DNA of 64,000 nt, from positions 14,202-78,201 of the forward strand of contig JAWLCE010000020.1 in NCBI GenBank assembly GCA_041687335.1, given 5' to 3'. A model generated the notes under the pieces. The model did not search any database. It was not told the DNA's origin and saw only the letters and a program-made list of their open reading frames with translations. Below are positions 37,027 through 45,209 of this stretch, in pieces. Each line of letters starts with the position of its first letter. Within the stretch, counting starts at the first letter, position 1. Origin of the DNA: Sumerlaeia bacterium (GTDB taxonomy: Bacteria; Sumerlaeota; Sumerlaeia; MVZB01). The translations under genes and the position numbers were made by a program.

Positions 37027-38633
37027 GGCCCGCTCCCCTCGCCGCCGTCGATGTCCGGCGCGACCTCATAGAGCACCGCCAGCACGCGCCCGCCCGATGC
37101 GTCGAAGATCTGGCGGCCAGTGCCGCCGGGCCAGCGGGCGTGGACGTAACGAAGCTCGGCCGAGCGCTCCGGTAGAAAGACGAACATGGCCCCGGCGCCG
37201 CAATCGAACCGATCCGCTTCGGCGATGGTCCCGAGCGGCTCAAGCACGTCATGGATGATTCTCTGGTCGGTCAGGTATTGCAACGTCGGGAAGTCGCCAT
37301 ACATCGCCGGGGCGCCGAGGAAATAGATCGGCATCTCACCGGGCAGGTCGCGCAGCAGCGGCGCGATAGCGACCGAGACCCCGGCGTGCGGCCCGCCGTA
37401 GTCGCCCTTGAGCTGAAAGTCACGGTTATAGGCGTTCAAGCTCCAGGCGGCGAAGAGCGCCGCCGCGACGATCGGCAGAGCGCGCGCCGGGAAGGCGGGC
37501 CAGGCGCGGCGGGCCGCCCGGCCAATCTGGATCAGGGCCTGCGCGATGAAGAAGCAGGCGGGCACGCTCAGCGTGACCAGCCGGTTCGCCTGCGGCGGCG
37601 GCACGATCAGGAAGGCCCCCGCCGCCAGCCCGCCCCACCACCAGACCGCCAGCGGCACAAGTCGCCAGCCGCGCCGACGGACGCAGCCGAAGGTCGTCCA
37701 CGCCAGGCCCACCAACATCAACGCGCCGAAGATGGGCTCGAGCAGCGGTTGCCCCAGCCCGTAATTGGAATGCAGGTCCGGCAGGACGTGAAATGAGCCG
37801 AGCGCCAGCCCGGCCTGCTCGAGGAGCAGGCCGACCACCGTGCCGCGGCCCGCGGCGACCTCACGTTCGAGCCAGCCGCTGTGAAATACGCCGAGCTGGT
37901 TGAGACGGGCCATGAAGTCATCGGGCCGGCGCAGCGCCAGTTGCAGCATCGGCGCGGCGACGAGGATGAAGCCGCCGAGGGCCGCCGCGGCCCCGATCGC
38001 CAACCGGTGTCGCCGGCGCCGGCGGGCCATGCAGAACCAGACCAGCAGCGTCAGCGCCAGGATCGCCGCCAGCAGGCGGGCCCCCTGATAGCCGTAAAAG
38101 CCAAGTCCGGCGGCACCGCCTGCCAGCGCCATCAGGCCGGGCCGCCCACGCCGGGCACCGGTCAGCAGCAGCGCCACCATCGCCGCGCCCAGCAGAGGAT
38201 CGAGGATATTATTGAGCGCGATGCGCGAAAAATGGATGTGCAAGTGGAAGGTGGCCACAAGGACCGCCGTCAGCCATCCCGCCCGGCGGCCGGCCGCCAG
38301 CGTGGCCATCCAGCCGGCCGCCAGCACCCCGGCCGCGCCGGCCAGGGCCGAGGGCCAGCGCAGCGCCCAGACGCTCTCGCCGAAGAGGCGCACGCCGATC
38401 GATTGATAGATGAAGCTCGCGGTGGGATGCGAGAACCAGCCGAAGTCGAAAGGGCTTGGCATCTGCCCCGCAAGGTGGCGCCGGACCTCGAGCCCGAAGG
38501 CGGCCTCGTCGCCGCTGAGGAGGCGCGGCAACTCCTCCAGCCGCCAAATCCGCAGGGCCAGGGCCGCCGCCGCAATGGCCAGCAGCAGCGCGGCGTGAGA
38601 CCACGCCCCGCGGAGATGACGGGGCTCGTTCAT
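37023..38633 (-). CDS. ArnT/PMT (GT39/GT83-like) GT-C glycosyltransferase
   Basis: 'LSGDEAAF', 'FSHP', 'FGESVWALRWPSAL', 'HIHFSRIAL'; ATGA overlaps with both neighbours. Confidence 0.85.
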   Translation of the reverse strand: MNEPRHLRGAWSHAALLLAIAAAALALRIWRLEELPRLLSGDEAAFGLEVRRHLAGQMPSPFDFGWFSHPTASFIYQSIGVRLFGESVWALRWPSALAGAAGVLAAGWMATLAAGRRAGWLTAVLVATFHLHIHFSRIALNNILDPLLGAAMVALLLTGARRGRPGLMALAGGAAGLGFYGYQGARLLAAILALTLLVWFCMARRRRRHRLAIGAAAALGGFILVAAPMLQLALRRPDDFMARLNQLGVFHSGWLEREVAAGRGTVVGLLLEQAGLALGSFHVLPDLHSNYGLGQPLLEPIFGALMLVGLAWTTFGCVRRRGWRLVPLAVWWWGGLAAGAFLIVPPPQANRLVTLSVPACFFIAQALIQIGRAARRAWPAFPARALPIVAAALFAAWSLNAYNRDFQLKGDYGGPHAGVSVAIAPLLRDLPGEMPIYFLGAPAMYGDFPTLQYLTDQRIIHDVLEPLGTIAEADRFDCGAGAMFVFLPERSAELRYVHARWPGGTGRQIFDASGGRVLAVLYEVAPDIDGGEGSGP

Positions 38634-40633
38634 GGCGCGGCCCTTCGCGCTTCGATGAACAGGTAAGGCCCCACCTCGCGGGGTTCGGCGAGGCAGTGGG
38701 GACGCAGCCAGCGTTCCAGCAACGGGTTCGCGGGTGTCGGGACCGGCACCCAGCGGCCGGTCAGGCGGCGGCTGACAAGCCGGGGCAGGCTTAGCCAATG
38801 CGCCAGGTCGAAGGCGCGGTGGGCGGCCGGGGTCAGGTAATGCTGCCGGCGCGTGATCTCCAGGCCGTGCCGCTCGAGCCGCCGGCGCCAGGTTTGCACT
38901 GAATCGCAGTGGTAATGGCGCGAATGCCGGTTAAACCAGCGCCCATAGGCCGCGGCGGCCCGCGGCAGGCCGAGCGCGCGCGCCAGTGCCGCGCCCAGCA
39001 GCATGCCGGCGAAGTGGTCGCTGGGCACGGTCAGCAGCAGGCGTCCGCCCGGGGCGAGCACGCGCGCGATCTCGGCGACGGCCGGCTCCAGGTGTTCGAT
39101 GTGCTCAAGCACGGAATTGGCGATGACCGTGCGCATGGAGCCGTCCGGCCAGGGCAGCGCCGTTGCGTCGGCCTGCGTCAGGTGACGATAGACCCCCCAG
39201 CGGTGGGCCTCGCGCAGCGCGCCGGCTTCGGGGTCGACCCCAGCAAAGACCGCCCCGCTGAACGCGAGCGAAGCGAAGTGGCCGTCGCCGCAGCCCAAGT
39301 CGAGCACCGGTTGCTCGAAGGGGGCGGCCTGCTCCAGCAGGCGGCACTCGACGGCGCGCACCAGCGCGCGGAAGGCGGGCAGCTCGCGCAGGTGATCGGC
39401 CAGATAATCACGGCGCGAGGCGTGCAGCAGCGGCCCCTCGAGCAGCGGCGGCTGGATGGGGGCCGATCGTCCGTTGGCGCCCGGCCGCAGGACCTCGAGC
39501 ATCTCCTCGAAGCGGTCGAGGGCGCGCTCCAGGGAGAAGATCGCCTCGACATGCCGGCGCCCGCGCCGGTAGCGCTCGGGCTCGGCCAGCACCGCCGCGA
39601 TGGCGTCGGCCAACGCCTCGGCGTCACGCGGCGGGGCCAGCCTCCCCATGCCGGTCATCTGGACCGGGGCACGCACACCCGGCAGGTCGCTCGCCACCAC
39701 CGGGGTGCCGCACAGCATGGCCTCGACCTGCACCATGCCAAAGCTTTCGGTGGGGTTGACGCTGGGCAGCGCGAGCACATCGCAGGCGGCGTAAAAAGCC
39801 GACAGGTCCACATCTGAGAGTTGCCCCAGCAGCGCGACGCGATCGCCCAGCGCCGCCAGCAGCGGCCCGATGAGCGTCCGGTAGGGCTCCTCACCAATCA
39901 CATGTTCGGTGTCGCCGACCATCAGCAGCCGCACGGGCGCCCCCGCCGCGCGCTCGATGCGGCCCAGCCCCTCGGGCAGGTATTCGATCCCTTTTTCCGG
40001 GGCGAGGCGCGCGGCAACGCCGATCAGCCGGCGGCCGCCGTCGGCGTGCCGGCGGCGCAGCTCGGCCACCGCCACCGGGTCCGGCGTCGCCACGGCAATC
40101 GGCGGCACGATGCAGACGAGCTTGTGGCCCAGGCCGCGCAGCAGCCGGCTGTGAAGCGAGTAATCGACGCTATAGCTGAGCAGGGCATCGGCGCGCGCGG
40201 CGGCCAGGAGGTTGCAGCACGCCACGCCGCGCGTCACGAGCGCGTTGAAGAGCCCCGGCGGCAGCGTGATATCGCAGTGATAGGCGCCGATGAGCGGCCG
40301 GCCCAACCGGCGAGCCAGCCGCGTCAGCCAGAATATTTCAAGCGGCGTGTTGGGCAGGCTCATCACGATGGCATCATGCGCCGCCGCCAGCTCGGCGGCA
40401 CGTGCGCCATAGCCCCGCATCAGCGCCCCCTTGCTCACACGCAGCGCCACCGGCAACCGCACGACATTGATCCCGCCCTCGACCGCCTGCTCGGGCAGGG
40501 CGGCGTCGTAGCGCGAGGTCAGCACCGTCACATGATGGCCGCGCCGGGCGAGGCCCTCGGCCATCCGTTGGTTATAGACGGTGACGCCGGAGATGTACGG
40601 CCTGTAATAGGTCATGGCGAACAGCAATTTCAT
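38630..40633 (-). CDS. GT4 glycosyltransferase fused to a class I SAM-dependent methyltransferase
   Basis: GT4: 'PYISGVT', 'ESFGMVQVEAMLCGTPVVASDLPGV'; MTase: 'VLDLGCGDG', 'VIANSVLEHI', 'RVLAPGG'. Confidence 0.9.
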   Translation of the reverse strand: MKLLFAMTYYRPYISGVTVYNQRMAEGLARRGHHVTVLTSRYDAALPEQAVEGGINVVRLPVALRVSKGALMRGYGARAAELAAAHDAIVMSLPNTPLEIFWLTRLARRLGRPLIGAYHCDITLPPGLFNALVTRGVACCNLLAAARADALLSYSVDYSLHSRLLRGLGHKLVCIVPPIAVATPDPVAVAELRRRHADGGRRLIGVAARLAPEKGIEYLPEGLGRIERAAGAPVRLLMVGDTEHVIGEEPYRTLIGPLLAALGDRVALLGQLSDVDLSAFYAACDVLALPSVNPTESFGMVQVEAMLCGTPVVASDLPGVRAPVQMTGMGRLAPPRDAEALADAIAAVLAEPERYRRGRRHVEAIFSLERALDRFEEMLEVLRPGANGRSAPIQPPLLEGPLLHASRRDYLADHLRELPAFRALVRAVECRLLEQAAPFEQPVLDLGCGDGHFASLAFSGAVFAGVDPEAGALREAHRWGVYRHLTQADATALPWPDGSMRTVIANSVLEHIEHLEPAVAEIARVLAPGGRLLLTVPSDHFAGMLLGAALARALGLPRAAAAYGRWFNRHSRHYHCDSVQTWRRRLERHGLEITRRQHYLTPAAHRAFDLAHWLSLPRLVSRRLTGRWVPVPTPANPLLERWLRPHCLAEPREVGPYLFIEARRAAP

Positions 40634-40798
40634 ATGACGAAAAATGAGGCTTTGGCAAATCTGTCGCAAGCTAAAAGTGACAAATTCATTACTGGTACGA
40701 TGGCGTAAGTCTTTACTTGGCTGGCAAGTTGAATTAGACTTCATTCTGTTTTACAAGCCTTCGAGAGCGGTGCCTTTGGGCGGACAGGCGGGGTCACC

Positions 40799-42277
40799 AT
40801 GAGACCACGATTTTTCCAGCATCCGATTGCGGGCGTCCTCAGGCCGGCGCTTGGCTTGCTCGTGAGCCTGATCTTTCTGGCGACCACCCACGGCCAGACA
40901 GGAACCATCACCCCAACGGCGACGAGCACCAGCACCCCGACACCCACACGAACCAGCACGCCAACGATGATCCCGACTGGGACCGCCACGGCCACCCCAA
41001 CGGCGACGCGAACCCATACCCCGACGGCCACACATACCAGCACCCCAACGATGACGCCGACCAGGACTGCAACGGCAACGCCCACCCATACGCCCACAAT
41101 GAGCCCAACCTGGACCCCCACGGCCACCGCAACGGCCACGCTGACGCCAACGATGTCGCCGACCTGGGTTCCGACCGGGACTCCCACGGCGACGCCCACC
41201 CCCACGGCAACCCCCACGCCCCAGCCCAGCCTCGTGTTCGAGAACCCAGGCAGCCTGGTGGCGTTCGAGGGGGATGCCGCGACAACCCTCACGGTAGGGG
41301 TGCGGCTCAGGCATCGCGGCAGCGGCACGGTCAGCGTGGACTACGCCACCACCGCGACCGATTCGGCGCTGCCGGGCGTGGATTATCTACCCACGACGGG
41401 GACGCTGAGCTTCCCGTCCCCGGTCGTCCGCCGGGAGTTCGAGGTCACGATCCTTCCCGATGATCATTTCAAAACTTATGAGACCTTCGCGGTGGAGCTG
41501 CGGAACCCGGTCGGCGCGGAACTGGAGCGGTCGTCAGCGGTGGTGACCATTATCGACTGGTCGATCAGCGCGATCGTGCGCTACCTGCTCGGCCTGACGA
41601 GCGATCCGGCGGGGCTTGATGTCAACAGCGACGGCAAGGTCGACGTGGCGGATCTGGTCAGCCGGATCGAGACGTTGCCGCCGCCCCGGCCGGTCGGGCC
41701 CCATCCCGCCGACGGCGCGCCGGCCGTGCCCGTGGGGACGATGCTCAGCTGGGCGCCCACCCCGAGGGGCACAAGCTATGAGCTGTTCCTCTGGCCGGCC
41801 GGCCAGCCGCGCCCGGCGACCCCCACCACCACGAGCCTGACGCTGAGTGAGTATCAGCCGCCGGCCACGCTGGAGCTGGAAACGAGCTACCGCTGGCAGA
41901 TAGTGGCCATCAATCCCAACGGCTGCGCCGAAAGCCCGATCTGGCATTTCACGACCGAACTTGCGCCCGCCGTGCAGATTCTGGCCCCGGCCGAGGCCGT
42001 CAGCTGGAAGATCGGCAGTCAGGAATCGGTGCAGTGGCGCCTGTCGCTCGACGCCGGCACGGCCTGCCGGATCGAGTTGTGGCGCGCTGACGTGCGGGTC
42101 GCAGTGCTGGGCGACGGCTTCTCACCCTCGGGCGAGGCCGTCACCCCGATCACCGTGCCGGCGGTGACGCCGGGCGATGGCTATCGTTTACACGTTGTGA
42201 GCTATTGGCTGGAAAGCCAGTCGGCGGCTGAAGCCTTCGCCCAGAGCGATCCTTTTATCACGATCATCGTTGACTGA
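40799..42277 (+). CDS. Secreted modular protein: Thr/Pro-rich stalk, Calx-beta, dockerin-like loop, FN3/Ig domains
   Basis: Signal peptide; ~110-aa T/P tract; 'VSVDYATT...SALPGVDY...GTLSF...ILPDD...ETFAVEL'; 'YLLGL...DVNSDGKVDVADLV'; 'TSYRWQIVAINPNG'. Confidence 0.85.
   Translation: MRPRFFQHPIAGVLRPALGLLVSLIFLATTHGQTGTITPTATSTSTPTPTRTSTPTMIPTGTATATPTATRTHTPTATHTSTPTMTPTRTATATPTHTPTMSPTWTPTATATATLTPTMSPTWVPTGTPTATPTPTATPTPQPSLVFENPGSLVAFEGDAATTLTVGVRLRHRGSGTVSVDYATTATDSALPGVDYLPTTGTLSFPSPVVRREFEVTILPDDHFKTYETFAVELRNPVGAELERSSAVVTIIDWSISAIVRYLLGLTSDPAGLDVNSDGKVDVADLVSRIETLPPPRPVGPHPADGAPAVPVGTMLSWAPTPRGTSYELFLWPAGQPRPATPTTTSLTLSEYQPPATLELETSYRWQIVAINPNGCAESPIWHFTTELAPAVQILAPAEAVSWKIGSQESVQWRLSLDAGTACRIELWRADVRVAVLGDGFSPSGEAVTPITVPAVTPGDGYRLHVVSYWLESQSAAEAFAQSDPFITIIVD
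40900..41225 (+). repeat. Low-complexity Thr/Pro coding repeat
   Basis: Imperfect TPTxT and TPTMxPT units within the CDS. Confidence 0.9.
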
Positions 42278-42408
42278 GCTGCGCCGGTGTCTCTGGGACG
42301 CGACCGATCTGTTCAACGGGATTTTCACCGCGAGCAGCGGCGCGTCAGGTCGATGTCACGCCGCAGGCGCACAACGCCAGCGCTATGAAATGTCTGCGAG
42401 AAGCAAAC

Positions 42409-42810
42409 ATGCCTCAAAAAGAAAAATTGACCGGTGGGCGTCTGTTGATACCAAGTGTCGCGTCTTCCTTAATCCTTGCATTACTATATCCCCCGATAAC
42501 GGCAAATCCACCTTATTCGTGGCGTGAATTTGCTGGCAAAAACTTCTATGCCGGCATCGATTTTAGCCGTTGGCTGATGGAGTTTTTCATGCTGATCATG
42601 ATTGCCTACTCTATTCATGAGGCACGGCAATCACAACCAAGGCACCTCCGGTCATTCATCTTTTTTTTCGCACCGGCCGCTTTGGGTCTATATGTTGCGA
42701 TGATGCTGACCAATTTACATGAGGTGATCGCGCTTTTATTTCTGACGCTTGCAGGCGCTATCTGTGCCTTTTCTGGTTGCGTCGTAAAGGTGTTCCGATG
42801 TTCAAATTAA
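42409..42810 (+). CDS. Low-GC 4-TM orphan membrane protein
   Basis: About four hydrophobic helices; markedly more AT-rich than the flanks; start 42385 or 42409. Confidence 0.55.
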   Translation: MPQKEKLTGGRLLIPSVASSLILALLYPPITANPPYSWREFAGKNFYAGIDFSRWLMEFFMLIMIAYSIHEARQSQPRHLRSFIFFFAPAALGLYVAMMLTNLHEVIALLFLTLAGAICAFSGCVVKVFRCSN

Positions 42811-43129
42811 TTAAGCTCAATAAGTTTATTTATTGATTGGTCCAGCCACCGAACAGCCGCTTGCCGGGCTGATCAGGCACGCCGGCGGCCTTCATGCTGA
42901 GAGCAGCGGCATCGACAAGTGCGAAGTAGCTCATGGTCACCGCTTGGAATATGGTGATCAGCTTGGCCGCCGACCCGTGGCGCTGGTAGTGGACCAGGTC
43001 CCCAACACCTTGGTATCGCCGACCGGCTTCGGGCGCTCGGCCGCCTGCCCGAAGAATCCCCCGACAGAAACCGGAAATCTCGAAAAAAGTCGAACCAACG
43101 GGGCTTGCGGTCGCGCCATGCAGACCCCC

Positions 43130-43168
43130 AAAAAAGCAAAACACAGGTCGCTGATTTTAAACGACCTG
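43130..43168 (-). terminator. Terminator-like hairpin downstream of the tRNA-Asp fragment
   Basis: CAGGTCG-N11-CGACCTG followed on the minus strand by TGTTTTGCTTTTTT. Confidence 0.55.
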
Positions 43169-43172
43169 CGCT

Positions 43173-43229
43173 TGAGTTCGAGTGGCGGGGCCGACGAGAC
43201 TTGAACTCGCGACCTCCGGAGTGACAGTC
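43173..43229 (-). repeat. att site: duplicate of the tRNA-Asp 3' half
   Basis: 57 bp matching 56602..56658 with one mismatch; covers the anticodon through CCA plus 10 nt downstream. Confidence 0.95.
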
Positions 43230-43384
43230 GAGCCTGAAACACGGAAAACATTAGACTTAGCACGATTCGGTATCGGATCGTGCGATATGCCACAGCAACA
43301 CCGACCCCTCTCCTCACCCCATTCTTGACAGCATCGCACGGAAATCGCACGCTTCAGAGGTGAACAATCTCTGGTGGTGGGGTC

Positions 43385-43810
43385 ATGGAACAGCAGCGAT
43401 TAGAGCAGATCGCGTAGGAACTCGCTAGGGTCCGCGAGCTTGAGTGGGAGCTGGCCGAACTGCTCTCCCAAGCCAGCCGCTCCGATTTCAAGACGCTTGG
43501 TTGCAGCGGCCTTAAGCAGTTCGTCAAGGAATTCCGGCTGCCCAAGGATGAGCGCACCTATCGCAGATGGATTCGGGCATATGAGCTGCTTCTCGGTCCC
43601 GCACGTGTCAGGCATGACTGTCCGATGGCCGACGTGCGCTCGCTGGATATCAACGCCTTGGGCCTCTGGTCGGAAGGGCGGCGCCGGCCACCGACGCGAG
43701 AAGAGGTCATCGAAAAGCTGGATGAGGTCATCCTCCGTCCGACCAAGTGGTCACAGAGTGCCAAAAAACGCGAATGCAAGAAGAAGGAGGAAGCCGAAGC
43801 AACAGATTGA
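43385..43810 (+). pseudogene. 141-codon ORF interrupted by an in-frame TAG at codon 11 (43415-43417), DUF3102-like mobile-element protein
   Basis: MEQQRLEQIA*ELARVRELEWEL...LKQFVKEFRLPKDERTYRRWIRAYE, in frame with track ORF 43625..43810. Confidence 0.6.
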
Positions 43811-43859
43811 GCCCCTGCAACTTCAGGGCAGAGTCTCATGCATATCTGAAAGGAGCAAT

Positions 43860-44183
43860 ATGCAGGAATCCGCCGAAGCAACCGAAAGAATGACCGTCGC
43901 CATTCTATTCTGGCCATCCATCGCCGACCAGCTCGACATCACCCTTCAGGAATGTCAGGAGTTCCTCGTCTACTTTCACGATGAAGTTGGCTGCTACACA
44001 ACCGCCTTCCCCGGCGGCGAAACGCACGGGACACTCTTTCTTGTAAGCAGCCTGCGCCAGCGAATTGAACGAGAAGATTCTGGGGGCTTGGAACTCCCGA
44101 TCCATGTCCAATACGTCTACGACCACGTTTTACACTTGATCGATCCCCCGACCGATTACATCTGGTTCTGGAACTGCAACTGA
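43860..44183 (+). CDS. 107-aa hypothetical protein
   Basis: AAGGAG RBS before ATG 43860; protein-like composition; no family recognised. Confidence 0.6.
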   Translation: MQESAEATERMTVAILFWPSIADQLDITLQECQEFLVYFHDEVGCYTTAFPGGETHGTLFLVSSLRQRIEREDSGGLELPIHVQYVYDHVLHLIDPPTDYIWFWNCN

Positions 44184-44325
44184 ACCCAGCCAATAGCTCG
44201 CCTTTGAGCTGCCGGCTCCTGCCTCTCGTCTCTCATGGAACAACAGTCGCAATCCCGCCGCGGGTGATTCACCTCTGCGGATAGCATTTTCATATCTTCA
44301 ACCTGCAGGGCAAAGGAGCATAATC

Positions 44326-44727
44326 ATGAGCGATATTTCGCCTGTCGCCTCCCAAATTCATCAGAGACTCACGCACTTCACCGGCACCACCACATACGTC
44401 CGTCACTGGACAGGAGCTCTGCTCTATACCGAGGGCGTTCAGTGGCTCGCCGAGAAAGCCGGAGCCTACTGGCTGATCGACGCCATTGCGAGCTGGCAGC
44501 CCGAATGCCGCAAGCACCCCATGCTGCGCGAGATGCAGTTCTGGCGCCTCAACGTGAACCAAGCCGACAACTCCGCCGGGCTTGAGTGCTTTCCCGATGA
44601 TGGCCACCCCGCCCACGTCCGCCAGGAGATCGAGTTCACCGACTTCCCCCTCGCCGAAATCAAGCTCTGGGCCGCCGCCGGCGGTCCGGGTGGCCGCATG
44701 GTCCTCATGCTCCCGGGCGAATATTGA
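44326..44727 (+). CDS. DUF6876-family protein (mobile-element associated)
   Basis: 'LTHFTGT...LYTEGVQWLAEKAGAYWLIDAIASWQ...QFWRL...QEIEFTDFPL..IKLW...VLMLPGEY'; AAGGAG RBS. Confidence 0.8.
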   Translation: MSDISPVASQIHQRLTHFTGTTTYVRHWTGALLYTEGVQWLAEKAGAYWLIDAIASWQPECRKHPMLREMQFWRLNVNQADNSAGLECFPDDGHPAHVRQEIEFTDFPLAEIKLWAAAGGPGGRMVLMLPGEY

Positions 44728-44807
44728 GGGATGTAAATTTGGAGGGGTGATGAAATGACCCTGATCCTGGTGGTATGCTCATAGAGCAGTAGAAAGGACG
44801 CGGGTTC

Positions 44808-45083
44808 GTGATCTTCGACAACAGAGATTCAGAATCTTCAGAGACCGTCGCCGGAGGAGCTCTCCTCGTACCAACCCGCGTCCATGCTCGGACACATTTT
44901 GAACTGGCGGCCGACCTGCTTGTGCCCGAGGGGCAGACGCCGCGGGAAGTCTTCGATGCGACGATCCAGCTCATCCTCGACTGGTTCAGCGAGAGCTTTC
45001 AGCGGACGATTCCGGACCCGGTGCGGCGGCATGAGGATTTCGGCTGGAGCGCACCGGCCGTGTTGTCTTTGAAGGCGTCTTGA
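44808..45083 (+). pseudogene. Probable N-terminal fragment of a large defence-island hypothetical protein
   Basis: AAAGGA RBS with GTG start; 'FELAADL...LILDWFSESFQRTIP' then an abrupt end; family link is from recall. Confidence 0.45.
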
Positions 45084-45157
45084 TCCCCGAGCGGGAAATC
45101 TGGAGCACCCGCCGCCGCGGCGAATTCGCAACCAATGCGACTTTTGTGAAATTTTCC

Positions 45158-45185
45158 GGCAACCAAATCGATCCGATGGCGTCTA
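45158..45185 (+). promoter_or_regulatory. Putative ECF-sigma promoter upstream of 45210
   Basis: GGCAAC-N16-CGTCTA. Confidence 0.55.
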
Positions 45186-45209
45186 TTTGAATGAGCGGGC
45201 ACCGGGAGA

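Noticed and set aside
42350-42385. attC-like GCACAAC core before the low-GC orphan gene
   Set aside because: Wrong orientation for the gene, and no matching inverse core or hairpin after its stop
42830-43144. Tyrosine integrase C-terminal remnant (…GDLVHYQRHGS…)
   Set aside because: No H-x-x-R or LGH...T..Y catalytic pattern in any frame I translated
43183-43229. Second tRNA-Asp gene
   Set aside because: Only the 3' half is present (no 5' acceptor strand or D-arm); it is the att duplicate
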